From Asterias rubens (Eukaryota), in contig NC_047081.1 in NCBI RefSeq assembly GCF_902459465.1, positions 4,278,001 through 4,342,000 on the forward strand: a stretch of DNA of 64,000 nucleotides, written 5' to 3'. Below, piece after piece: positions 1 to 13,700 of the stretch (position 1 is its first letter; each line of letters opens with the position of its first letter). The position numbers and the translations under genes are program-made. A model generated the notes under the pieces. The model made no database searches. It was not told the origin of the DNA and saw nothing but the letters and a program-made list of their open reading frames with translations.

Positions 1-166
1 CATACAATTTTGAAATCAAGATTGCTGTGGGTGCTGTAAATGGAAACAGCAACTGTCTGTGCTAAAAAAGAACTGTCTGCTCCAAATTGTTTCCATTAAT
101 TACTTCTGGTGCATGTAAAGGCCTATACCCCGCAAGCAAAGCCAAGCAAAACTTCAAAGCCAAAAG

Positions 167-337
167 TTATGACGGCGAAATGTGCGGAAACAAGGTAGGG
201 TTTTCCCCGTTATTTTATCCCGACTCCGATGACCGATTGAGCCTAAATTTTCACAGGTTTGTTATTTTTTATATCAGTTGTGGTACACAAAGTGTGGGCC
301 TTTGGACAATACTGTTTACCGAAAGTGTCCAATGGCT
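167..337. mobile_element. Kolobok-like MITE family B, right-hand fragment
   Basis: Matches the right half of 14940-15301 and ends CCGAAAGTGTCCAATGGCT|TTAA. Confidence 0.75.
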
Positions 338-620
338 TTAATCGATATGACAAAAAAACATTTTGCACAGTTTTTACTAAAACATACACATAGATACTCA
401 ACCAAAGAAATATTATTGAATAGGAAAGAGAAGATTCATCTCATTGTCTTACTCTTACTTAGACTTACACAGTTACACCGACAGATGTTCATCAGAATTA
501 GACCCAGTGACTGGGGCGCTAGATTGCTTTTTTTAGTCACTGGGTCTGTATCAGAATAGCTAAAATAAATATTTAATTTCAAACACCATTTGTTTTCTTT
601 AGAGATCTCACCAGAGGTCC

Positions 621-767
621 GGATAACTTTCCGTATGGCGCCACCACTTTGTCACTCATTTTTACAAAAAGGGATATATCAATCAGGTAAACTTGAATAA
701 TAGTAAAATAGAAAAATATTATTCTATTACGAATGAAAAAGTGGTGGCGCCATACGGAAACTTTTCC
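621..767. mobile_element. GG...CC-ended MITE (Merlin-like family), copy 1
   Basis: Ends are GGATAACTTTCCGTATGGCGCCACCACTTT and AAAGTGGTGGCGCCATACGGAAACTTTTCC. No TSD is visible at this copy. Confidence 0.8.
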
Positions 768-897
768 CTTGTCAGATCCAGTCATGATGATGAGTTCCTT
801 GATCATCTGATCCATCATGCCTGTCATGGACGCAGCCTTTCAGATTTGAAAGTCATATCACGGTCTCAGCATAGAACATGGAGGTAGAAAAAGATAG

Positions 898-1029
898 GGA
901 TAACTTTCCGTATGGCGCCACCACTTTTTCACTCATTTTTTCAAAAAGGGATATGTCAATCAGGTAAATTAGATACTATATTATTTTATTTCGAATGAAA
1001 AAGTGGTGGCGCCATACGGAAACTTTTCC
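898..1029. mobile_element. 132-bp MITE with 8-bp TSD AAAGATAG (Merlin-like)
   Basis: Imperfect TIRs of about 34 bp. AAAGATAG lies at both 890-897 and 1030-1037. GG..CC termini with an 8-bp TSD fit Merlin; the superfamily call is inference. Confidence 0.85.
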
Positions 1030-1666
1030 AAAGATAGAGCTACATGTAGGCGCTCATCTAAATATTTCTACCTCCAGAAGGTTTTTTTCCATGCAGTTTC
1101 TACGACGTGCGCACGCAACACCTATACCTTTGTGTGGGTTCAACAGCGCCCTCTTTTGATATTTTGCAATTCGCAATAAACATTGATCTGACCATGCTGA
1201 CCAATATTAATTAATATGAAACAAACTGTCAAGTGTCATATCACTCAGCCAATTTGCCTAACTTTTTCGAAATTGCGGAGTAACTATAGAAAATACAGGG
1301 CCACACTCGGCTTGCATGATGAGTAATAAAAGAAGATGTATTTGGTTGGTGAATGATTATAATCATCATGATCATCATGACATGACCACTTGTTTTTTTG
1401 ATTGATTGACGTCGTCGAGTAGACGATACCTCCATCCATCATCATGATCCATCCAAGCAAATGTTGATCATGTTCACATCAATGATCAATTCACACTTTC
1501 AATAAACACCAATCTTTTCACAACAAACACTAGGTATGTGACTTCCCGTCGCGAACCCAGTGTGTGTATCGGCCTAGCGATGCGCACCGGCTATTGAGTC
1601 AGTCAGGCAGCGATGCGTTCAGACTATCGCGCGTAGCATCTGTACACTGGGGCTGTTAGGAACCAG

Positions 1667-1775
1667 ACCTACCTGATGACGTAGTTGAAAAGCTACTCTT
1701 CATCCTCCATCTTGAATTTTGTTTGTGCGATACTGTGAAGCGGCGAAGATTTTCATCAAAACTTTTGGCGCGAAA
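1667..1775 (-). promoter_or_regulatory. Candidate first exon/promoter of a further minus-strand gene leaving the window on the left
   Basis: Minus strand shows TTTCGCGCCAAA (E2F double site, 1775-1764), CAAGATGG (ATG at 1710) and a strong donor CAG|GTAGGT at 1673/1672, within a CpG-rich patch. No downstream exon was identified. Confidence 0.3.
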
Positions 1776-3073
1776 TCTCTTCATTATAATTCCTAAGATG
1801 AGTGAGCTTTTGTTTTAAACATCAAATATCTATGTAGTACATACATTACTCTATATTTGTGCCAAATCTGGGCCTAATCTAATGAATCGCAGTGGTTCTT
1901 TTGGGCTCCGCCAAAGTTGGTACAAGAAAGTTAAAAATGACCCGAGTCGATTTTCAGTGCATTTCGCCGTACAATTGTCCTTCAAAATATACGTTAATTT
2001 TTCATTTTTTTTCGCAAAAAGTACACTCAAAGTGAAAATTATGAAGTTATATATCAGATTTGAGTTGTTTTTATCGAAATGATGCATTAATAAAGTGGAT
2101 GGATTTGGATGTAAAAGGCTTGTATTTTGGGGTCTTCGGTGGCATTTTTGGTCACGTGACCCATTTCCTGCACTGTGATTGGCTTAATGCTGTGTGTGAC
2201 GTGTACAACAAAGGGAAAACATAAGATCGTTTCGATTTTGGGGGTTTTTATAATTTCCCAGACACAAAGTTCGTTTTCTTTTTCTTTTAATATATTTGTT
2301 ATGTTATTTCTTTGTTGTGGGAATTATTTTCTTCTGTTTTTCCATTTTCATTTGATCTTTTTTTCTTTATCTTAGTCTTCTATTTTGTTTCTTTTACTTT
2401 CTTTAGGGGGCATATTTGTAGGGAAAATAATTAATTAATTAATTGATTATTAATTGATTGAATTATTTCTTGGATTGTTTGTGTACTGGACACCATTCAA
2501 ATCAAAAGTTTTTTCAAAGGTCCTTTACTTACAAATCTTGACTCGCGGGGAGCGCTTTTCTATTACAAAATGTTCGTTTTCTTAATTAGTCTCATTAATT
2601 TAATTAATTAAATATAATAAGTGTCAATAACATTATTTGACAAAACTGAATGGTTATTAGTTAGACCCTTATCAAGAGCTTCATTTTAAGTACCAACATG
2701 ATGGCGTCCAATGCTGTAGTGAAGGATCCCAATGACAGTATATGTATGCTCAATAATAATTAATTAATTAATAAATTAAGTAATTGCATGATTTGCTTGT
2801 AAACTCCTCGTCATTCAAAAGTGTTGTGATGGTCTGTCTTCTAAAACAGTAATTATTTCAATATACTCAGTATTAAGAAAGTTATGACAATTTGTTCACA
2901 AAATGCTTCAGTTTGGGTCACACAATTTCTTTTGTTTTTCTTTAAACAATGACGTCCATCATTAATTAATATTTAAATATCTTTAAAAAATCATAACTTC
3001 ATTAATATTCACTCTACAGAGATGATTTTTTTACCATATGAAAGTATTTTTTAAGCTCTTTCAAATGCATTCC

Positions 3074-3351
3074 GGAAAAGTTTCCGTATGGCGCCACCAC
3101 TTTTTCATTTGATATGAAATAATATAGTATCCAATTTGGATAACTTTCCGTATGGCGCCACCACTTTTTCACTCATTTTTACAAAAAGGGATATATCAAT
3201 CAGGTAAATTAGATACTATATTATTTTATTTCGAATGAAAAAGTGGTGGCGCCATACGGAAACTTTTCCTCTAATTGTAATTTACCTCAATGAGATATCC
3301 ATTTTTGTAAAAATGAGTGATAAAGTGGTGGCGCCGTACGGAAAGTTATCC
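3074..3351. mobile_element. Reverse copy of the same MITE with a forward copy nested inside (3138-3269)
   Basis: Host halves 3074-3137 and 3270-3351 rejoin to the reverse-complement consensus. The inner copy is flanked by TCCAATTT / TCTAATTG (6/8 match). Confidence 0.8.
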
Positions 3352-6300
3352 AAAGCCTGTATTATGCTGTTAACACGGTTAATGCATAGTTTTAATACTC
3401 ACATAAAAGCATAGAAATCCGTTGTTTACCGCAAAAATAACATGTAGACAGTGGTTACTGTTCTTCAAATAGCCGCTGACTAGCACTGTTCTACACACAG
3501 ACTTCAAATGCCAGAAAAGATATGACGAGTTAGCAAAAGTCGCCGATGATGTCATTTTTCATACGAGACTGGTACTCGGTATATGTGGATTCCCTTACAG
3601 TCGTAAGCACACCAGCGTAATTAGACTGCTCCCTTGCATCATATGCATTGCACGATCACGAAAAAGAGTCTGGATAAAAAAAATGCTTACTTTTGTATTA
3701 CGAAATATCAGTGTTTGTTCTGCCATTGTGCAAGTTCTTTTACCGAGAATTGCTAAATAACTTAAATTTGTCATCAATATCGGGTTAACAAGCATCTTGC
3801 ACACAATGCTTGTCACCTTTATGATATTTTACAGTATATATGTAAGTTTTTCTTGTTTGTGGCACCATGGAGGAAGGAAACTCTCTCCTCAATCCTCCAA
3901 AAGAGCCAAACCTCAATAGCACAATCCCCTCCCCGTTTAAAAGCATTCATGCAGTTGGTCTAATCATTGAGGTAGAACCATAGAGCTATGTAGAACCTCC
4001 ATATTATGGTCTAATATTTAACTCAACGACCACTTGGATCGAATTTGAAGCAGACTTTGGTCCGCTCCACTATATTATAACAAGTTTTGTAATAAATCAC
4101 AATTACAAACATGTAAAAAAACACAGACACACAGATCATGAGCTACTTGTATTTTAATATTCTGAAATTGATTTGCCTTACAATTATTGTTTCAAAGTGA
4201 GAGGGAAAAAATTGTTTTAATGCATAATACATAATGGCACTTGACTTTTAAAACAATGGATCATGATTAATTTTGAAAAGGGGAGGAAAGAAACAAAATT
4301 AGAAAACCTTTTAAGTCGTTTCATCATACTATGTCTGTTTTTCAATACTCTATCAAAACGTGCCAAATGATGAGCCATTGTTCAAAAAGTGTGCCAACAC
4401 CAAAGCAGCAACTTACTGTTTAACTGAATTTTCAAATCCCCCAAAATGCTCTCCCCTTTTATTTGATTCAATCAAAATTGTAAAATGTGTGGAGTACTGA
4501 AATGACACTCGCAACAAAAAGTTCAACAATCATTTTGCATTTAGCAAAGTTAATTTTGAAAATATACAAGTGTTTCCAAATTGACCACAAACACGAAGAA
4601 TACTGTTAAATGCGCGTGATTTATCTCAATTATGACCAGATACTAAAAAACGAATACAAGAAGTAGATTTGTTGTTTTTGAAAATTAAAATGCTGAGATT
4701 CATGCAATGGCCAACAAGGAAACTTTTTCGGTAGAGCTTTAACCAAATGCAGCTTTTTGTCCAAATCAAGCATCCATGCTGAAGATTTGTTCCCAGTTCA
4801 TTTTGTTTTAATTGCATGTTCCTTTTTTTGTTTGTTAGAAAAAGTGCATAATGCACATTAATATATTTTATCAATTATCTTTCCTCAAATGTGCACTACA
4901 CTGTCACTGTGTTGTTTAAGTAGGCGTTTAAACTGCAGGGAAACAGTGAGGGCCCAGATTAACGTACAAGCCAAGGCGTATATGCCAAACTTAAGGAAAT
5001 AGAAATGTACATTAAAAAAATGAACTCATTAAAAAAAATGAAGACAGTACCATCCCTTGAAGTACCCGCAACTTTTCATATTTGACAATCATAAATACTT
5101 CATAAAACACCTCAAACCTCAGTTTAGTTTCACTGATTTGATTTGACTTTTGCCTGCTCATTCTTTGACCACAGTTAAGCAATAAACTAGTCATAAGTGA
5201 AAATCAAAAATGAAATATATCACAGTAAACTGCTTAAACACCATTGTGCCGTTATCCCACTGTAAGCTATAACAGTGTGGGCTTTGCGTGTACTCTTACG
5301 TATCCTCATTATTCTGTAATGAATTTAAACTTGGAACTCATCTTTAACTTCATCTTTAACAAGTTTTGAAATAATTTCAGTTGGATATGAGCATATTGAC
5401 CAAACAGTTAAGCTTTCACTAGCATCGATTTAAAGTTCACCCAAATAATTAAGATTTCCTTATTTTGTTTTTACAAGTCTTACTGTACACATACTATTTT
5501 TTCAAACATTGGTAAATACAGACAAATCAATAAATAATATTTCATTTTAAATGTTTTACTCAAAAACACTTTGCTTAAAATTACAAATCACGATTGTTTT
5601 TATTAACGCCGTCAAGCTAGTTGTTGAAGTCACACATTTGAGGCACAAAATAAAACTCATACCTCATAAAAACAGATTAAAAGATAATCTAGAGTACTTT
5701 TTTTCAATAAGACTTATAAAAAAGCCAATAGCTTCGCTTCCATACAGAACAAACGATTTGAAAACCCACAGAATAAAAACTCAAACTTGGCTAAGATATG
5801 GTCTTAATATAATTATTGACACTGTACAACTGCAATATACAGTATTTCAACACATTAATTTTTTAAATATAAATCAACTGAAGTAGAGATTGTTGAAAAT
5901 CGTAACAAACCTATGAACTTTCAACTTTTCATGTATCCATTTGTACCTACATGTACTTCTTCTCCATGAAATTTTATAATTTACAAGAGCATATTAGCTG
6001 ATCAGTTTTACCAAGCCTCCAAGAAGATGCAGCTTTACGTTATACATATTGTTGCATGTGAGCCAATACCTTAACAAACAACAATCATAACAAATGTTTT
6101 TTTGACCTATGGGTAACACAGCATTGAAACTACCATAAATGCAACTGATTGAGTAGCCTGAACATCTGACGTCACACTTGCGCCAGAGACCTGCCTCCAA
6201 ACCAATGGTACTTTAACCTTTGACCTTCATTCATTTCACATAGAGATATGCAGTCAAATTCTATTGCGGACGTGACAGCAGTGTACTGTTTTGGCATAAA

Positions 6301-7722
6301 GCTTATGTCACTGCACGTATCCAATGGTATCATTGTATCCTATATAATCACTGGATCTGAGAGCATGGACCTGTCTTTATCCTTGCAGATAAAGACAGGA
6401 GCCCAGTCTACTGATAGAGTAGTCTCTAATAAAGTTTTGCTCTACTGCTAGGCATCATTCAACTTTTTTTCTTTTTTTTCAAACTGCAAGCCATGTCAAT
6501 TTGGGCTATGACAGTTGCAGCCGACTGGCTGTGACAACAACGTTGATGAGTAGGACTTTTTGGCATCCAGCAGTGGCCACTGCCATAGCCACTCAATCAG
6601 ACAGGGCCTTTGGCTCACCAACAATTTGCAGGGAACCAGCCACAAACAGCATACACAACAAGGCTGGTAACCCATTTCTGCCGAGTAAAATTTTGTTACT
6701 TAAACTCAAGCAAAACCCAGTGTCCTGATTAAATTTGACCCTGGGTCAAGGGTTTATAGGCCTGGATGGATCTTGGTTCAATTGATTATGGAATGCTCAC
6801 TGTTAATACATGTATAACTATTTGCAAGTACTGATCCCTTGTTCAATGTAGAGCGCACTTCCACACAACTATCCTGACTACCATTTTGCGAATAAAAATA
6901 GACAACACAGAACTGACTCCAATAATTTGTGCAATTGGTCAGTAGTGAAATAAAGGAAAAGATAATCCAGTATTTATGTACTAACTTGCTGTACACATTC
7001 AATGCTTGATGTGCCCTTTCAGAAATCAATGGCCAATAGTGAGAGAAGCTGATTTGCTCCGTCTGTCTACAGGAAAGGTAAAAGTTGAAAAGGACTGCCA
7101 TTTCTATATCACTTGTTCATAAAACATTTTCACACACAATACAATCACTCACAGTTGTAGGTGATGATTCAGTTACCGCCTCCTCCATTCATACATTTTA
7201 AGGGACTCTCATTCTTACTCTGGTATATGTAGTACTAAATGTTGATGGCAAATTTGAAAATGAAAAAGGTGTTCCTTCAAAAAAAAAATATTTAAAACAG
7301 TTATTTATGAAAACAACAAAATAAAAAGGCTTTGATATTTGTCATGATGGTGCGTATATATCGCAGAAACTAAAATCAAGCATGATATTTTATTGAGTAC
7401 AAGAGCTGACCTACTCAATAGACTTTTAAGGCCAGTTAATAAAATAAAATAAAATATTTCCAATGGCCAAAACCCTCAGAAATCAGACTTAAGTAGGAAG
7501 AATAACATGCCCGTAAATTAAACACAGGTTTAATAACTCAACAATTGATATTATGTAGTAAGAAAACCAAGTTAAAAAGGTATGGTTTTTCTGTAGTACC
7601 ATAAGATTACATAACCTGCAACTATAGACAAACACTGACACAAATTCATCTCTCAACCATCTCTACTTCAGTGATATCCAATATTCCCATAATATTTTGT
7701 GTGTGACTTTTTTTAGATAAGC

Positions 7723-10700
7723 CTAAATCTTGGGCAACTTTGGCGCGCTGACGAGGGGATTGCTCTGCTCGAGTATCTTGCGTCCCTCTGTTTTATAGTC
7801 GTAGCCGCAGTGGTGGGCTTCAGCATAGCGGTGGGTGGCGCAGAAGTTATGACCGCACCTGAAAGTAAGACAGAATAAAAAATAAACAACGGTTCTATAA
7901 GCATTTTCGGCGACACTTTTCCAAAATCATTGAGATTTGATAGATAAAGTAGAGGGCTAGTTGTACAGTTATTGATGTCACATTGACCACGTCAAGGCTA
8001 TAATTTAGAATAAACTTCTAAAAGACTGCCGAGCTGGTAGCTTAAAATGTACACTGAACCAATCTGTATACAAGACCTTTGCCCACGGCAGGATTCGAAC
8101 CAGGGTCCAAAGAGTGTCAAGGCAGGGCAAGATACCACCTGGCCAATCTGGGCTCAAAATCACTGAAGCACTATGATTACTAGGTTACAATCCACAAAAC
8201 TTACTCGCTAAGTACAAAAGTTAGATATATCGGGAATAAACAAAACACATTTTATTGATGTTCAAAACATATTTCAGAAGTAAATGGCAGCAAAATTAAC
8301 TGTTTTATTTGAATTCACTGCAGCATCCCTTTAACTGCAAATCAATCGTAGTTGCTTAGTAAAGTGTGATGTCACAATACAAATCACCATGTCGATACTG
8401 ACAACTCATCTTACAATGAATTGTAGTGCTTTGTGAAATCGAGCCCCTATCCCTATGCAATGATTACCAGTGGTATTAATTACCTGCATTGATAACTGGT
8501 TGCTAGTCCAGTTTTCTTGTTGCATAAAGAGCACCTTTTACTTGTCTTTTTCTTTGTTGTTCCTAGTGAAGTTGGTTTGCTACTGCTGACTGGTGGAAGG
8601 CGGTGACTTGGAGATACTACAGTGAGAGTGAGTAACAATAATTTACATACAAAGTAATAAATTAATATTTTCTCAATTATGACTATTTCTTTTTCTTCAC
8701 TCTCATATCTTCCAATTGAATATATCTGAACATAGCTCAGGGTATATTCTTACAAGTTCTGTTTCTTTTGTTTTTGTTTCTAAGAACCTTGTAATGTTAG
8801 TTAGCCAGTGCTTGTTAGCTTGCCACTTTCCCACAGTAGCAAGTGAATGAAGCACGATACAACCTTCCATTGCGTGGACACCTTTGTATCATTAACAAAT
8901 ATCCTTATACGGGAAGCTTTGAAATGCTTTTAATATTTTCCCGGGTACCTTTCCGCAATTGCCCCTGCACCATACTTTTCATGAAAAAAAAAATTGTCCC
9001 TTCAAAAGAATCTAAAACTAGTCAGTAAATCTTGCAGCTGGGTTTGAATCTCTTTTGATTGTACTGATGGTTCTGGTAAGAGGAACTGCTATTAAGCTCT
9101 TGATGTTTCATGTGACAAGGTTCATCTTCAGAGAAAGATGAGCAGAAACATCAGGAGATAACAAGCTCTCCTAAGTAGTCGACACTCAAAAGAGATTTTT
9201 ACATAGTTATCCCCACAAGACTTACTGGTTATAGTTTACGTATTGTTCAAAGTTTAAAGCATCACTTTTATTTGTAGTTTACTTTCAATACTTACAAAGT
9301 CGTCCATCACGAGTGCCAGATAATCTTCCTCGTATACTATGTGCAGACTGCAGAAAGAAAGAAAGACAACTGTTAAGTTTTTAATGGGAACTAAATGCTT
9401 TTTTTTTCTTTTATAGCGTTGCTCACTTTGACTAAAAGTACCTATCAGAAATGTTTTATCAGGATTACTTTTTAGCAACATACATAATTGTGCAATGTTT
9501 GAAGTGGAGGGGGAGTGCTAATGTTTTAACCATAGCAATGAAACTGATCATCAGCCATAAACTGCTTTTCTTTAAATTGCAAATAAAATTATACGAGTCA
9601 TTACTGCAGAAAGGGCATACACAAGATAGAAGTGTGACCCAAAAAATACATGTTACTGACATATACTGACATTTTCTTCAATCTACTCAGGCTGAATTTT
9701 TGAACTATGGTATGTAGAAATGTTGTTTGCAAATGTTCCAAATGGTCATGGCTTTCATGAAACGAATCATGTACTTACAATTAAATTTGTTCTCCTCTCA
9801 GGAGTTTGTATCCTGTCTCCATTACTGGTATTCTTTAGTGCCGTGGATGTGGTACTATTCAGGGCCTGACTAAGCGCCATGGCCCCTGACGTTCCAGCCC
9901 TCACCCTCCCGCTACTCTTTCCAGTGTGTAAGTCTCTTGGGGCACCACAAACAATGTCATTAATTTTGCCGTCCCTGTTAGCTTGGTTAACGAGTTCTGT
10001 AACCAGGCGGGCTTCGGCCTTCACACCACTCCGTTCTCTCCCTCGTGCATCGGCTGATGACGTTAGCACCTGTTGAACTTTGGAAGATGTATTCGGACGC
10101 ATTTCATGCATTACAGTTGCAGTCGAGGACGGCAACATGTTTCCTAGATTTGTATATGACCGGTGTAGACGAGCGCTTGTAAGCGATTCTAAAGTACGAC
10201 AAGAAGAAGGCGGTACAGGGCTGTGACATTTGTCTGATGTGCGCAGACGGCGTTCAGCCCGGCTCGCAGATCCCGCAGCACAGTCTACAGCCTCTGTTGT
10301 CGAATCTAAGTTAGTCTTTACTTCCACAGGACGTGTTCCTGGTTTAAGAGCACCAACTGGAGGAAGGGGATTGTTCTTGTTCAGGAGAGGTGGTGATTTC
10401 TTCTTGGTAGTGGGTAGACGCCTTCGGACCGCTGTACTTTTGGGACGTACTGTTGAGGGTGGATGAGGTGTTTTATGTTTCTGCAATAGCAATTAAAAAC
10501 AATGTTATCATTTATTTATTAGGGCATCGTAATTGCTGTAGTAGAGGCAATGGGAAGTTGGTGAGAGTGACTTAAAAGTACAGAAGCAGAAAGCCAAGTG
10601 TTTGTTCTTATTTAAATGCCATTGTGTAGTCTGACTTAGAAAAAGGTTGATTTTTGTTTTCATCACAGTATACAACTCCTCTTTCCAATCCCACTGAAAA

Positions 10701-13700
10701 AATACAGCCCACAATCACTAACATTTTGGATGGGCTTTCCCCTTTGTTTTTAAATTACAGGCCTCTTTACGCAACAGATTCAAGTACCAACAAACAAAAT
10801 TGAATGAAATTCTGGGGAACTTAGACTACTCATACACCACTACAAGTTAATTTCATACTTGCTCAAGTATTCAAGGGAACTTTTTATTGAAAGCCATGGG
10901 TTAGCAGTTCAAGTGAGAAACTAAATCTTTTCCAGTGGTTTCCCTGCCAAGGAAATGAATAGACCCTTCCAGGAAAGCATGTAAAGCGCACTAAGATTTT
11001 GGTTGGCAAAATGAGGTAACATCATGCTGTTTTTTGATGCGCTACTGTTCGTCTCCTAATGTACATCGCTATGGAGTTTGTCAACCAATAGGTTCTGTAC
11101 GCATGCACGAATGTAAAGCATATTTCATGGGAAGGGTCTATTCATCTCGTGTGAAAAGCCATTTTGAGAGATTTACCGACCTTTTTCCCAATGGACAGAG
11201 TCTCCATCTTGACACGGAGGAGTTTCATCTTGCTCATTGTGACGTCATTCTCCACTGATTGTTCCTCAGAGGGTAGCCTTCCTTCATCTTCTTCCTCCTC
11301 ATACATGTTGTTGTACATTGACGCACCACTGCAACAAACCCATGAGACACAAGACAAGAGTTAGGCTTACTCTACAATATTTCCAGCAAAAAATAAAGCA
11401 TAGATAATAAATATAATAACAAGTCTTCACTACTGAAGCTCCTGGCACTTCGACATATATAGTACCTCTTGCAAGGTACATGTATGTTGCACCATTGGAT
11501 TATGTTTGAATTGAGACCTATTCTTAAAACATGTAATGGTTACCAAAGTGCTTTGGTGCAACATGCTGCCTATCAAACCAGGGGCCGATTTCACAAAGCA
11601 ATAAAATTCATCGCAAATCAACAGTAACACCATAGTGATTTGTATTGTGACATCATGTTTTACTTTGCAACTACGATTGATTTGCAGTAACGATCAACAT
11701 TAGATCTTTGTGAAATCGGCCCCAGGAACCTGCTTACATATATAAATAGATGCAATGACTACCACTTTCACAAAAACTTTTTATGCTATTTTGTTGATTT
11801 CTAGTAAAAAACATTTATATACAGAATTGGTGGTTCAATGATTCAAAAATGGTAAAAAACTAGTTTTAAATGAAGTTCACGATTGATGGTAGGGGTACCA
11901 TGTTATTGTTTATATTGGAGAAGATGAAACTTTTTTTCTGGCTCATCTTGGGGCAAAGATCCGGGCAGGAAGCAATAGTCTCCAGCCTGTAAGTGGTTCA
12001 ACACTTATATGTAATCTTAACCTTTGGGATTTTAACTTGCTGTGTTTATATTACTAATCCTGTACTTATATAGTCTACAAATTAAATAATTCACCCACTC
12101 TTTATGAGTCTATTATGGTAATCCTTACAAATACTAGCAAAGGGAATGTTTAAGAACAAACAGATGTATTTTTACACATGTTGAGTGGAAACCAAATGTC
12201 ACAAATGACGCACATAGGCTTTAAAAGCACACTTTCAAGTGAAAGCATGTTATTTGTAAAGATAGAAAGCTGTAAACAAAGGCTTAGATTTTTAAATGGC
12301 TTTAGATGGCTTTTGTGCTTAATCCCCATTGTTACCTATTATAAAATACTCACCATACCAGAAATAACATCTACAGGTAATATGTATTTACAGTATCTGA
12401 CCAGTTAATGCAGTTTGTATGTGATGGGATGGATATTGTTTCCATATTATAAAGCAGGGCTCAAATATTATACAGGACCAAACGCCCGAGGCCAGTAGTG
12501 TCGGACTAGTAAAATCATAAGTGGACAAGTCCATCAGTCGTGTGTTTTTCAATACCTCACTGTGTATAATAATTCCTTGAACAAACAAAATTATGTTCAA
12601 ATGTTGACTTTTGAGTGAGTCTGATGAATTATACCTTTCAACTCTATTGGAAAATGAAGTATACTTAATAACCATTGCTTCTTGTTCTAGAAAGAACAGT
12701 GTCAGGAAGTTTTTTTCTCCTTTTAATTTTGGTATAGTAAAAAGAATTCTGCTCAAGTACCCACAAAAACCAACAAGCCCTTTTGTCTTGACGATCCCCC
12801 ACACCGATTGTTTACAAAAAATAATTTCTCGGAATTCACAATGGTCCGTACTTTGTGAATTGTGAACCTCCATACCCAAAACCTTTATCAGATTCAAACT
12901 TGTTGGTGAATAATTATGTCGTTTTCTAGCAAAGGTTTGTCAAAAAATTAGCTCCCCAGTGCTCTTAACTAAGAAAATTTGTGTGTTTTTTTGTCTTAAA
13001 CTTGTAATATGCCTACAATAACTACATGCTATAATAATTATTCTTTGTTGCTATTTTATTAAGCAATGTACAGTATACTGTACCCTATCATGTGTACTGT
13101 ATACAACACATGTGTTCTATTTCTAGATGTCAATACCTGTGACCACAACACAATCACAACAAGTTCTCAGATTGCTAAGTAACCACACAAAAGTTTCACA
13201 CAGAGATCAAGCTGAGATAATCTCCAACACCAATCATGAAAGATCAAAGAAAAATCAATATTGGTTCCAGCACTGTGCTCCCCCACCACCAACTAAGGAC
13301 ACAACTGACCACACAATGGAAATGGACTCCACTGACCAGCCACAAGTATACAAACTACAATAAAAGGGACAAGCAAGAGGTCAGGGTTGGACTTGGTTGT
13401 AAATAAACAACTGTTAACAGTGAGTTTTATTGTTGGCCTTGCTTTTAGAAAATGTAGGTATTATCTATCATTTTCAAAGTTGTTACTCCACTGGTGTATG
13501 GAGCTCCTTGATTGGCGATCAAGGACATACTCAAATATCAGGGCTAGAATTGTGGGAGAATATCCACTAGACTGCAGGGTTTGTAGCTCAAAACGTTTAC
13601 TGGACCAGAGAGATTATTAGGCCTACAACATACAAGACCAGAATCAAAATAAGAAGAACACTGATCTACACAGTTTCACATTGAAGCTGCTTTTAGAACA

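Noticed and set aside
1241-1435. Met/Ile/His-rich ORFs
   Set aside because: They come from low-complexity ATC/ATG repeats with no exon support.
11142-11180. A short ZFAND4 isoform reading through the weak donor AAG|GTCGGT to TGA
   Set aside because: Possible but unsupported without transcripts. The phase-0 join to the exon at 10480 gives a continuous full-length protein.
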